NCBI GenBank assembly: GCA_040776945.1
Contig: JAXGZN010000002.1
Span: 320,001 to 384,000, forward strand
Source of the DNA: Methanomassiliicoccaceae archaeon
GTDB taxonomy: Archaea > Thermoplasmatota > Thermoplasmata > Methanomassiliicoccales > Methanomassiliicoccaceae
Length of the DNA stretch: 64,000 bases
Direction: 5' to 3'
Part shown: positions 33,720 to 43,338 of the stretch, in pieces
How positions within the stretch are numbered: the first letter of the stretch is position 1
How the letters are laid out: each line of letters starts with the position of its first letter
Translations under genes and position numbers: made by a program
The notes under the pieces: generated by a model
Seen by the model: only the letters and a program-made list of their open reading frames with translations
Told to the model about the DNA's origin: nothing
The model's database searches: none

Positions 33720-34052
33720 ATGTCCGCAAAGAAGTTCCGCTCGGCCTTCGTGGCAATGGCCCCAGATGTCGACCCCACTGTGCACAGGAGCGTCATCGAG
33801 ACCCCGATCTACTCGCTGACCTCGGTGCTGGTGAGGAACGAGGACGAGGCAGTGACGGTCTGCCGGGAGATGGCGAGAACGGACGGCGTTCATTCGTTCG
33901 TCCTGTGCCCCGGGTTCACCAACAGGGGAGTGGGACGCGTGGCCGAAGCGGTCGGCGACGGCGTCTCCGTCAACGTGGCCAGGGGGGACGGGCCCGGGAG
34001 CGCCGTGGTCCATAAGGTCATGAGCGAGGCCGGGTTCTTCGCTCGCCGGTGA
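33720..34052 (+). CDS. DUF6506-like small protein
   Basis: AFVAMAPDVDP..HR and GVHSFVLCPGF pattern. Confidence 0.7.
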   Translation: MSAKKFRSAFVAMAPDVDPTVHRSVIETPIYSLTSVLVRNEDEAVTVCREMARTDGVHSFVLCPGFTNRGVGRVAEAVGDGVSVNVARGDGPGSAVVHKVMSEAGFFARR

Positions 34053-34159
34053 GGCCGTCCGGGCAGGCCGCCGACGCATCCTTCGCCGGGTCCGGGGAAC
34101 TCCCGCCCAACCATTAAGCCCTCTCGGATGCGTTGTAAGCACGCCGGGACGGTGAAAGG

Positions 34160-34801
34160 ATGGTCCCCACCCTGGAGGACGAGGTAAAGAAGCTGATAGG
34201 GCTCGCGAGGAGCGAAGGAGCAGAGGCCCGGGCCATCGACGCCGCCAGCGTCATAGTCTCCGATTGGGTCAGGTTCAAGTGCAGCTGGGGGTGCAAGGGC
34301 TACGGGAAGCATCTGGGCTGCCCGCCCTATGCTCCGACCCCGGAGGAGACCCGGCGGGTCCTGAGGGAGTACGACGCTGCCCTTCTGCTCCGCTTCGAGG
34401 GGGTCCCGGACCTCAAGACCATCGATCCGGACAGCATCCCCGAGGACTTCCACCCGATGTACCGGAAGCTCATCCTGTGGATCAGCGATACGGTCCACAA
34501 GGTGGAAAAGACCGCGTTCTACGACGGATTCTACAAGGCCTTCGGCATGGGAGCGTACCCGTGCATCTACTGCGACCATTGCGTGGCCGAGGAGAGCGTC
34601 GGCCCGGTGGACAGGAGCATGAAGCGGCTGTGCCGGCATATGGACAAGGTGAGGCCGAGCATGGAGGCCGCCGGCATCGACGTGTTCAGCACGGCGAGGA
34701 ACGCCGGGTGGGAGCTTAGCACGATACCATGCAAGGACCTCGAGTACGGCAAGATCGTGCACGCCAATATTGTGTCCTTCGGCCTGGTGCTGATCGAGTG
34801 A
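34160..34801 (+). CDS. DUF2284 predicted metal-binding protein
   Basis: VRFKCSWGC..YG...CPP, CIYCDHC and RPSMEAAGIDV motifs. Confidence 0.85.
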   Translation: MVPTLEDEVKKLIGLARSEGAEARAIDAASVIVSDWVRFKCSWGCKGYGKHLGCPPYAPTPEETRRVLREYDAALLLRFEGVPDLKTIDPDSIPEDFHPMYRKLILWISDTVHKVEKTAFYDGFYKAFGMGAYPCIYCDHCVAEESVGPVDRSMKRLCRHMDKVRPSMEAAGIDVFSTARNAGWELSTIPCKDLEYGKIVHANIVSFGLVLIE

Positions 34802-34865
34802 GCGGCAGGCCGCCGCCCCCCGGCAATCATTTTGTCCTCATACGGGGTTCCCCCGACGATATGCG

Positions 34866-35786
34866 ATGAACGGCAAGGAAGAGCTGCAGAAGGTGTGCCG
34901 GACGACCAGAGTGGAGCCGGGCAAGAAGGTGGACATGAAGGACCATCCTTCCTCCTGGAAGGACGCCGGCCGATACTCGGTCAACGGCCTGCGGCTGTGC
35001 AAGGACAACTCCAGCGAACTGCTGGCGAGAAGCCGGGAGCGTCTTGCCAAGATGCAGGAGGTCCTATGGGCCGATGACCGCTTCTCGGTGCTCATCATCC
35101 TGCAGGGCATGGACGCGTCAGGCAAGGACGGGATCATCTCGCACGTCATGTCGGGTGTGAACCCCCAGGGCTGCCAGGTCACGTCCTTCAAGGCCCCGAC
35201 CGCCGAGGAGGCCGGCCATGACTTCCTGTGGCGGTGTGCCAAGGCCCTGCCCATCAAGGGAAAGATAGGCATCTTCAACCGCTCCTATTATGAGGAGGTC
35301 CTGATCACCAGGGTCCACCCTCGGTTCCTTGATGCCCAGAGGCTCCCGGCGAAGGAGTTCGACGAGGATTTCTGGAAAGAGAGGTACGAGGCCATCAACT
35401 GCTGGGAAAGGCACCTCGAGCGCAGCGGGACCAGGATCATCAAGTTCTTCCTGAACGTCTCCAGGGAGGAGCAGAGGGACCGCCTGATGGCCAGGATGGA
35501 CCAGCCTGAGAAGCGGTGGAAGTTCAGCCCGGGGGACGTGGAGGAGCGGCAGCTCTGGCCCAAGTACATGGAGGCGTACAGGAACATGCTCGAGGCCACC
35601 AGCACCAAGCATGCCCCTTGGCACGTGCTGCCTGCGGACCAGAAATGGCTCTCCCGGGTGCTCGCGGCCTTCGTAATAACGTCGAACATCGAGCAGCTGG
35701 GGCTGAGGTATCCCGCTCTCTCGGAGGAGAACGAGAGGGCGATGGCCGCGGCGAGGGAGTTGCTGGCCAAGGAAAAGGGCGGCTGA
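34866..35786 (+). CDS. ppk2: Polyphosphate kinase 2 family phosphotransferase
   Basis: QGMDASGKDG, FKAPT, HDFLWR and FNRSYYE motifs. Confidence 0.93.
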   Translation: MNGKEELQKVCRTTRVEPGKKVDMKDHPSSWKDAGRYSVNGLRLCKDNSSELLARSRERLAKMQEVLWADDRFSVLIILQGMDASGKDGIISHVMSGVNPQGCQVTSFKAPTAEEAGHDFLWRCAKALPIKGKIGIFNRSYYEEVLITRVHPRFLDAQRLPAKEFDEDFWKERYEAINCWERHLERSGTRIIKFFLNVSREEQRDRLMARMDQPEKRWKFSPGDVEERQLWPKYMEAYRNMLEATSTKHAPWHVLPADQKWLSRVLAAFVITSNIEQLGLRYPALSEENERAMAAARELLAKEKGG

Positions 35787-35905
35787 GGCTCAAGCTCCTC
35801 TCTAGAGCGGAACGGAACCATAGGAGGGAGCTTCCCCTCTTCAAGGATGCCGACCGCCCACGCCTAACCTATAATTATCGTTCTAGACAATCTCCGGTCG
35901 AGACC

Positions 35906-37366
35906 ATGGGGACCAAGAAGCTGACGGTGCTGCACGCAAATGACCTGCATGGGGATTTCTTCGAAGAGACCGGCCTCTCGGGGAAGCGCATCGGCGGGCT
36001 GGCCTTGCTCTCTGCTTACATCAGCAAAGTGAGGCAGGAGGAGGAGAACGTGCTGTTCGTCATCGCCGGGGACATCATGCAGGGAAACATCATCGACGCA
36101 GAGTACCGCGGCATCTCCACCATGGCCATCATCAATTACCTCTCTCCTGACGTCATCTGCCTCGGGAACCACGAGTTCGACTACGGCCTCTCGCACCTGC
36201 TTTTCCTCGAGAAGGTGGCGAACTTCCCCATCGTGAACGCGAACCTATACATCAAGCCGTTCAGCAAGCGGCTGATGAGGCCGTTCGTGACGCTCGAGAA
36301 GGCCGGGTTGGACATCCTGATCACCGGCATAATCACCGAGAAGGTCATGGACTCCATAAGGACGGACGCGCTGATCAGCAGCTTCGTCTCCCTGGAGGAG
36401 GCGAGCAACGAGGTGGGCAGGATCTGCAACGCCTACAAGGGAGAGGACATCGAGCTCACCATCCTGCTGACCCACATCGGCATCGATTCAGACCTAGAGC
36501 TGGCCCGGCTCCTCAGGCCGGAGTGGGGGGTGGACCTGATAATCGGCGGGCACTCCCACACCTACCTCGAGCGGCCCCTGTTGGAGAACGGAGTGATCAT
36601 AGTCACCGCCGGAGAGGGCACCAACCAGATCGGCCGGCTCGACCTTGTGGTGGACGAGGACACGAACTCCGTGGCGGACTACCAGTGGCAGCTGGTGCCC
36701 ATCGACGACACCCATCTCCGGCCGGACGAGGGGCTGAAAAGGTACATCGAGTCGTTCCAGCAGAAGGTGGACGACAAGTACAACACCATGATCACCCGCC
36801 TGACCAAGAAGCACACCCATCCCCGGAGGGAGATCGAGACCTCCCTGGGGAACCTGTTCGCCGACGCGCTGGAGGAGATGACCGAGAGCGACATCATGCT
36901 CGTCGGGAGCGGCTCCATACGTTCCAAGGAGCTAGGCCCCGCGGTCACCCTCAAGGACATCGCCACCTGCTTCCCGTACAACGACCCACTGTACAAATCC
37001 ATAGTGTCAGGGGCGCAGCTGAGGTCGATGTTCGGGCACATCATGCGCCGGGAGAACCGAAACGGGGAGGGGGAGTGCTACCAGGTGAACGGCCGCGTAA
37101 GGGCGATCTACGATGATGCGGAGGAAGAGCTTATCTCCCTGACCTTCGACAACCGCGAGGTCACCGACGACCAGCGGTTCAGCGTCTGCCTCCAGGGGCA
37201 CCACCACAAGAACGCCCAGGCCTACCTGGGCGTGTCGCCGGAGGAGCTGGGGGCGGTGCGCTCGAAGATGGTCGCCACCGGCTCCACCGAGGTGCTCGAG
37301 GAGTGGCTGCGCAATCACCAGAACTGCGGCCGCTCGGTCGAGGGCCGCCTGGTGTACATGGGCTGA
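35906..37366 (+). CDS. Bifunctional metallophosphatase/5'-nucleotidase
   Basis: HANDLHG, AGD, GNHEFD, LTHIG and GGHSH motifs. Confidence 0.92.
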   Translation: MGTKKLTVLHANDLHGDFFEETGLSGKRIGGLALLSAYISKVRQEEENVLFVIAGDIMQGNIIDAEYRGISTMAIINYLSPDVICLGNHEFDYGLSHLLFLEKVANFPIVNANLYIKPFSKRLMRPFVTLEKAGLDILITGIITEKVMDSIRTDALISSFVSLEEASNEVGRICNAYKGEDIELTILLTHIGIDSDLELARLLRPEWGVDLIIGGHSHTYLERPLLENGVIIVTAGEGTNQIGRLDLVVDEDTNSVADYQWQLVPIDDTHLRPDEGLKRYIESFQQKVDDKYNTMITRLTKKHTHPRREIETSLGNLFADALEEMTESDIMLVGSGSIRSKELGPAVTLKDIATCFPYNDPLYKSIVSGAQLRSMFGHIMRRENRNGEGECYQVNGRVRAIYDDAEEELISLTFDNREVTDDQRFSVCLQGHHHKNAQAYLGVSPEELGAVRSKMVATGSTEVLEEWLRNHQNCGRSVEGRLVYMG

Positions 37367-37376
37367 GGCGGGGCGC

Positions 37377-37643
37377 TCAGCGGCCCTTGTACGCCCTCAG
37401 CAAGGCCTCGCTGTACTCCGCGGACCGCTTGGTCGGGACGTAGTTGTATTTCCTGGCCGCCCGGAGCAGCGCTTCCGCGATGGACCTCTCGTCCCCCAGG
37501 CCGAGGGCGCGGACCTCGCCGAGTATATCGTCGAGCTTGTTGATCCCTATCTCCGTTCCGCCGATCTCGATCTTCTTTGTGGTCACCTTGCCGGGGGATA
37601 TGCCCCCGCATACGCCGCAATAATCGCCGTCCTTGTCGCTCAT
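37377..37643 (-). CDS. Small CxxC conserved hypothetical protein
   Basis: YCGVCGG...YNYVP...Y..AL; closely spaced with the upstream cupin gene. Confidence 0.7.
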   Translation of the reverse strand: MSDKDGDYCGVCGGISPGKVTTKKIEIGGTEIGINKLDDILGEVRALGLGDERSIAEALLRAARKYNYVPTKRSAEYSEALLRAYKGR

Positions 37644-37644
37644 G

Positions 37645-38004
37645 TCACTGCCTTATCATGGTCAAGGTCATCTTGAACCTGGTGACCGCGCTGAGCGCGT
37701 GGGGCACGTTGGCCGGGAGGATGATGCTCTCCCCCTCCTTCACGCTGAAGGTCTCGCCTCCGATCCATATCTCCGACTCGCCGTCCAGTATGGTCACCAG
37801 TGCATCGTACGGAGCGGTGTGCTCCGACAGTCCCTCTCCCTCGTCGAACGAGAATATGGTAATGGTCCCGGCCTTCTTGTTGACCAGCATGCGGCTCGCC
37901 ACCGTGCCGGCCTGGTAGGCCACCAGGTCCTTGAGCTTAAGCACCTTGGCGTACAGTTCGTTCTTCTCCTTCGCCTCTATCTTGATCGGCTCATTGTCAG
38001 CCAT
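37645..38004 (-). CDS. Cupin-domain protein
   Basis: FSFDEGEGLSEHTAP and PANVPHAL motifs. Confidence 0.9.
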   Translation of the reverse strand: MADNEPIKIEAKEKNELYAKVLKLKDLVAYQAGTVASRMLVNKKAGTITIFSFDEGEGLSEHTAPYDALVTILDGESEIWIGGETFSVKEGESIILPANVPHALSAVTRFKMTLTMIRQ

Positions 38005-38017
38005 GTCATTTCCCCTT

Positions 38018-38380
38018 TCATTTGTCAAAGATGACCGTAACATCCCTCTTCAATGCGAGCTGGGCCGCCGCCTCCATGCCCTTGAGGACCGCCATGGGCA
38101 TGGGGCAGGTGGAATGCTTCAGGGTCCTCCCGCCGGCCTGGTATACCTTGTTCTCGGAGAACGGCATGGTCATGATGTCCATCATCCCGATCGGTTCCAG
38201 CGCCGCTCCGAACTCCTGCACGTGCTTGCACTTGCTGGTTATGGAGCACCTCACGTTCAGGCCCTCGACCCAGCACTCCACGGTCGCCGGGAAGCGGCAC
38301 ACCCCGGTGTCCACGGTCAGCCTGACCCTCTCGGAGCCCATGAACGCGCCGAGGCCTTCCTCCTCATCCTTTGAACCCAT
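38018..38380 (-). CDS. Cys-rich conserved hypothetical protein (DUF6951-like)
   Basis: GVCRF, SKCKHV and HSTCPMP.A..K..E pattern. Confidence 0.7.
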   Translation of the reverse strand: MGSKDEEEGLGAFMGSERVRLTVDTGVCRFPATVECWVEGLNVRCSITSKCKHVQEFGAALEPIGMMDIMTMPFSENKVYQAGGRTLKHSTCPMPMAVLKGMEAAAQLALKRDVTVIFDK

Positions 38381-38529
38381 ATGATCCTCCTGCCAGGCCC
38401 CTTTCGCCCGATATGCTCCGCGGCCGTTCCATTCAACAAGCGTGGAATCTCCCTTGCCGGTTATAGATGCTTCCCCGAACCGAAGGGTTCCGTCCTCCCT
38501 TGCCGCATGGGCGGGCCGGCGGGAGGTCC

Positions 38530-40593
38530 TTAGTACAAGCGGCGGGACCTCATCAGGACGATCAGCACGGCGGCAAGCACTCCGAAGATGGCCGCGCCGC
38601 CGACGATGATCATATCCTGGCCGATCCCCGCTCCCTCGGAGGACGCCTTGGCCTTGACGGTGAGGATGGCGCTCCGCTCCGCGGTGAGGCCGTCGGCCAT
38701 GACCGCCAGCACCGCTATCTTGTGGCTCCCCTCGGTGAGGCCCGTGATGTCGTATCCGGCGGCATCGCTTCCCAACGTTGCGACGACATGATCGTCCACC
38801 AGCACCTCGATGCGGTCAACCTCGGCCCCGGAAGCGCTGAAGACCCAGGTCAGCCGAACGGCATCGCCGACCGAGTACGAAGGGCTCAGGGGGCCCAACA
38901 TCAAGGACACGCTTCCGAGGGGGCCGTCCGGCCAGCCCCCGGATGCCGCGGTGAATGAGGTCATGTTCTGACCCCAGCGGCCGTCGGCGTCCATGGCCCA
39001 GATGGTCACGCGGTGCTCCCCGGCGCTCAGTCCGATGAAGGTGACGGACCTGAGGGCCGGATCGACCGTCCTGTTCTCCTCCCCGTCCAGGGAGGCGCGG
39101 AGTTCGGCGATGCCCGACATCGAGGTCACTTGGAACGGGACAGTGGCGGTGGTGGACGGGTACGCTCTCCCCGGTTCGGAGAAGGTGATCACCGGGTCCA
39201 TGGTCTCGATCGCTATGACCTCGGTCCTCTCGCTCTCGATGTTGCCGGCCCGGTCGGTGGAGTAGTACCGAACCAGGTGAGCACCGCCATTGGAGATGGT
39301 GACCTCCCCGGCATAGCGGGTCCAGGCGCTGGAATCGACCCGATAGTACGTCGAATCGACGCCCGATCCCTCGTCCACCGGGGTCAGCGAGAACGTGGCG
39401 GGGCCAGCGTAGGTGCTCTCGCCAACGCTGTCGCCGCTCACCGAGATGTCGGTTGCCGGAGCGGCGGTGTCCACCACGGTATAGGCTTCAGGCTCGGACC
39501 TCATGGCCTCGTTCTCCCCGTTCACGTCGAATCCCTGGGTGAAGAACTCGTACCTTCCGTCGGCCGGTGCGGTGAACGATATCGGGCTCGAGTAATGGTT
39601 CCCGCCGTACATGGTCCATCCGCCGCTGCTCCCCTGCCGGTAGTAAAGGTTGACATGGTCGAACGGCACGGAGGGCTGGTTCACGGTGAAGCCGATCTTG
39701 AACGTACGGGAGCCCTGCGCTGAGGCCAGGTTGTCCACGCTTGTGCTCACCGGAACGTTGCCGGGTGCGTCCGACCCGGTGACGATTATGTCATCAAGGT
39801 AGACGCCCTCCCTCATGCCGCCGTTGATGATGCGGACTCCTTGGGCGGCGAAGGCGTCGTCGGCGTCGCCGCCCTCCGGAGCAATGGTCCCGGACACGAA
39901 CTCGAAGCCGATGGCATCGATATCGTTGGGCACACCGATGCTCACATGGATCCATGTCCTAGCCGAGGCCTGGAACTCGCTGTCCGTCCACAGGACCCTT
40001 TTGGTCGCGGGGTCATTGCGGTCGGTCCAATAGAGCACGTTCAGGAAGTCGTACCCCACGCTCTCGCCGGTCAAGGGCTGCTTGGCGTCCGAGGCCCCGG
40101 TGTCGGACCAGAACCAGAAGCTGAGGGTCACGGTGCTGAAGGCGGACGCTCCGACCACCGCCTTCTTCATTATGGAGTCCTGGCCGGTATCGTACCTCGG
40201 CACCCACTGGGACTGGGGCGTGGTGCCCGGAAGGCCGGTGACATTGACGTTCCATGCCTGGGTGTATCCTATGTTGCCGTCGGCCTGGGTGACCGGGACA
40301 AGATAATGGCTGTTGTACCCGGTCCTGGACGCGTAGATGGCGTGGGCGCTATTGAGCAGATTGTGCGCGGAGCGGCACCAATAGTCCTCATTGACCATGC
40401 CGCCGGCGGCGTCCTTGTTCAGATCGAACCGTTGCCAGCTCGCGTCCCATTCAGCGTAGGTCGCTTGTTCCGCGTCCTCCCGGAGGAGGACCGCGGACGC
40501 CGGCGCTGCGGACGTGTTCACGGGCACGGACGTCAGGACAAGGAGCGAGAGCAGGACCAGTGTGCAGGCGGCGGTCAGCCTTTGACGGAGCAT
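38530..40593 (-). CDS. Cell-surface protein: signal peptide, beta-sandwich/Ig-like domains, C-terminal TM anchor
   Basis: N-terminal signal, DTAAP and YYSTDRAGN.E Ig-like motifs, hydrophobic tail followed by RSRR. Confidence 0.85.
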   Translation of the reverse strand: MLRQRLTAACTLVLLSLLVLTSVPVNTSAAPASAVLLREDAEQATYAEWDASWQRFDLNKDAAGGMVNEDYWCRSAHNLLNSAHAIYASRTGYNSHYLVPVTQADGNIGYTQAWNVNVTGLPGTTPQSQWVPRYDTGQDSIMKKAVVGASAFSTVTLSFWFWSDTGASDAKQPLTGESVGYDFLNVLYWTDRNDPATKRVLWTDSEFQASARTWIHVSIGVPNDIDAIGFEFVSGTIAPEGGDADDAFAAQGVRIINGGMREGVYLDDIIVTGSDAPGNVPVSTSVDNLASAQGSRTFKIGFTVNQPSVPFDHVNLYYRQGSSGGWTMYGGNHYSSPISFTAPADGRYEFFTQGFDVNGENEAMRSEPEAYTVVDTAAPATDISVSGDSVGESTYAGPATFSLTPVDEGSGVDSTYYRVDSSAWTRYAGEVTISNGGAHLVRYYSTDRAGNIESERTEVIAIETMDPVITFSEPGRAYPSTTATVPFQVTSMSGIAELRASLDGEENRTVDPALRSVTFIGLSAGEHRVTIWAMDADGRWGQNMTSFTAASGGWPDGPLGSVSLMLGPLSPSYSVGDAVRLTWVFSASGAEVDRIEVLVDDHVVATLGSDAAGYDITGLTEGSHKIAVLAVMADGLTAERSAILTVKAKASSEGAGIGQDMIIVGGAAIFGVLAAVLIVLMRSRRLY

Positions 40594-41116
40594 TATGGCC
40601 GGCGAGCGACCTTCTCGGACTTAGCGATTGCCATTGCCGTTATCTTCATTGAGAACAGTAAGCGCGTACCGACCGGTCTAGGCGCTCCGGCGGAGCACGG
40701 GGTCCTGCCAGGGTGATGGAAATGGCCGGTCGAACATCAGGGAGGTCATCAAAGCCAGGGACGCGGAATGGTTCGATCAAGGACAATGGGACGGAGTTTG
40801 CTCTGGCTGGTCAGGGAGGTCATTATCCATGCTGATGCTCACGTCAATCCCAATATCTATGTAGATAACAGATGTAGATCGCTGTCACGGTCCGCAGCCC
40901 GCCTTCGAAGGCGAGAGCCTAGCGGTCATCTCTTGTTCGACCGAACCGATCATGGGCTCGGGCGCCATTTCGCCTGGACCTCCCGCCCGGGCCCCCTTCC
41001 ATCAGCATCCTGTGGAGATCGAACGGCGCCGAGCTTCGCTTGTGAAAGCTCACAGCTACCTTGGGCCGCCATGTTCTCTGCTCTTCGACGCGGTCCTCGA
41101 CTCCTGTACTGTCCCC

Positions 41117-42499
41117 CTACGGCAGGTCCAGCCCCAGTAGCCTGAGGGTGTCGCACGCCGAGTCGTAGATCTTTAGGTGCTCCTTGGTCGGGAGCACGGT
41201 CTTCACGTTGTAGCACTCCTGGAACGTTCTTCCCTGGGGGGCGGTGAGATAGCGCCGCTCATAGCCGCGGACGATCTTGTGGACCATCCTGTTCACCTCG
41301 TCCACGCTCATGCCCGCCGCCAGGGTGGCGACCTCGCCGAGCATGCGCGCCTCCATTCCCGTGGTGTAGTCCTCCAGCACGCCCTTGGCGGACGCGCAGC
41401 CCGATAAAAGCTCTCGCCCGCTGGCGGTGTCCAGGAGCGCCTGGGCGGCGATCTCGTGCAGGCACATCTCGGTGCACGGGCCGGAGATGGTGTAGAACTG
41501 GTTAGCGATCAGCAGGTCCGTGTTCGCGTCGATCGCGGCGGCAGAGTGGCCGGCGACCTGCAGCGTCTCCCGTGAGGTGGTCATACCCCAGCGTATGTGT
41601 ATGGGGCCAGATAGGTGATAGCTGGCGTTGAGCAGGGTGAACGAGGCCAAGGTGGTCGCCACGTCGCAGATGGCCGTCTCCTCGATTCCGCCTATGTAGC
41701 CGCCGAGGATCGGCATCTGCTCAACCATGATAACGTTCCCGTTGTGGAGCCAGCCGGAGATCATCACCAGGCTCATGTTGTCGATCTTCAGCTCGTTGAG
41801 CTGAGACACCTCGTGGCTGTCGGTCGGCTTCATGCCGTCCTTGCCATCACAAGCGAGACGCCCCGCTGCGGACAGCGGTGTCTCAGGTCCCTATATGGCC
41901 ATGTATGGTCGTCCGGCCCGGTTGCACGCTTCCCGCACCGCCCTTATCTCGGCGAGCGTGGCCTTGATCTCGAACGGCGTGTTGGTGCTCGACGGGATCC
42001 CCCCGACCGTGGCCATGACTCCGTTGACAAGGGTGTCCACGACCGGCTCCTGGGCGTAGCTCTGCATCATTGGCACGAACACGTCCTCGGAGACCGTGGC
42101 CCCGGTCGGCCCGCCCTGGATGACCGGCTTCTTCGGAGCATTGGCCCGGCGGGGCTCCAGGACCACCTTCTCCCCGTACTCTCCCAGCTGTATGCGCTTG
42201 GGAGCCCCTCTGATTCCCGCCTTGACCTCGTCCTCTGTGACCCTTATGACGCGCTGGGTATCGACGTTGAGGATGCCGACCGATACCAGCATCTCCATTC
42301 CCGCCTGGAACAGCCTCTTCTTCAGGTCAGGGTCCACCGGGATGAACTTATCTCCAAAGTCCAGCTGGTACTTCTCTTTGAGTTCCGCCGCGGCGTCGGG
42401 CACGGTCTTGTTGTCCCATACGTTCTCGGTGGTCATGGGACCCCGCTCCGAGCGCAGGTAGGTCTCATAGACGGTCAATGCCTTCTCGATCGACGCCAA
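41117..42499 (-). CDS. mtmB: Monomethylamine:corrinoid methyltransferase 2 (Pyl at in-frame TAG 41891-41893)
   Basis: ORFs 41891..42565 and 41117..41833 are in one frame; RPYMAI-TAG-GPE. Likely TTG start 42499 after GGAGAG puts Pyl at codon 203. The terminal codon is also TAG. Confidence 0.93.
41855..41884 (-). promoter_or_regulatory. Candidate Pyl-insertion stem-loop downstream of mtmB2 UAG
   Basis: GAGAC-A-CCGCTG-TCCG-CAGCGG-GGC-GTCTC, starting 6 nt after UAG; identical to the copy in mtmB1. Confidence 0.6.
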
Positions 42500-42519
42500 A
42501 GTTGCTCTCTCCAATGCTC

Positions 42520-43161
42520 TCACATCATCAGCGCGTTGACCCTCTGGACCACCATGGACCCGCACTCACAGTACGCGTCACCGCCGATGTTCTCCACCCA
42601 CTTGCTGGTGCAGCAGGCGCCACCGAATATGGTCTTAACATTGAAAAGTTTTTCTTCCTTGAGACGCTCGATGATCTTCCTCTGGCCGACTAGGGTGGTG
42701 GTCATGAGCGCCGAGGCTCCGACGATGCTGGCGTTCATCTCCTTCGCCGCCTGGGTGAACAGGTGAGGGGGAACGTCCTTTCCTAAGTCATATACCAGGA
42801 ACCCGGCGCTCCTAAGGAACGCGGACACAACGTGCTTCCCGATCTCATGTATGTCCCCCTCCACGGTCCCTATGACCACCACGCCCTTGGACGGGATTTT
42901 CTCCTCGCCCATATGCCTCTCGTAGATGTTGATGGCCTGGGACATCGCCTGGGACGCGGCCAGGACCTGGGGCAAGAACATCCTGCCCTCGTTGAACATG
43001 TCGCTTATCTCCGCCATGCCCGCGCCGAGCCCCTTCTCGATGGCTTCCGCCGGACTGATGCCCATCCGCACCGCCTCCGTGGCGGCAGACACAGCCAACT
43101 TCTTATCGTATCTCATCACTGCCTCTTTCAATAAGGCCAGTATCTCGTCCTTGCTTCTCAA
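42520..43161 (-). CDS. mtmC: Methylamine corrinoid protein 2
   Basis: MFLPQVL, GDIHEIGK (DxHxxG) and SALMTTT motifs; TTG start after GGAGGAG; directly upstream of mtmB2. Confidence 0.9.
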   Translation of the reverse strand: MRSKDEILALLKEAVMRYDKKLAVSAATEAVRMGISPAEAIEKGLGAGMAEISDMFNEGRMFLPQVLAASQAMSQAINIYERHMGEEKIPSKGVVVIGTVEGDIHEIGKHVVSAFLRSAGFLVYDLGKDVPPHLFTQAAKEMNASIVGASALMTTTLVGQRKIIERLKEEKLFNVKTIFGGACCTSKWVENIGGDAYCECGSMVVQRVNALMM

Positions 43162-43338
43162 ACTATCTCCTCCCACACTCCGTTCCCACCGTTCCCTCCA
43201 AACGATAATCGCGAAGTCCCACTCAGTGTTTCGTGATTGTTAAGATATGCACCTGTAAGTACAGAATGATTTCGGGAAGAAGAGAGCAAGACTCCGCCGG
43301 GACTCCGGCTACAGCATGGCCTGCAGGGGCGCCTCATA

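Noticed and set aside
40854-40880. ATCTATGTAGAT palindrome and ATGTAGAT direct repeat
   Set aside because: Short, single occurrence with no clear associated promoter or gene.
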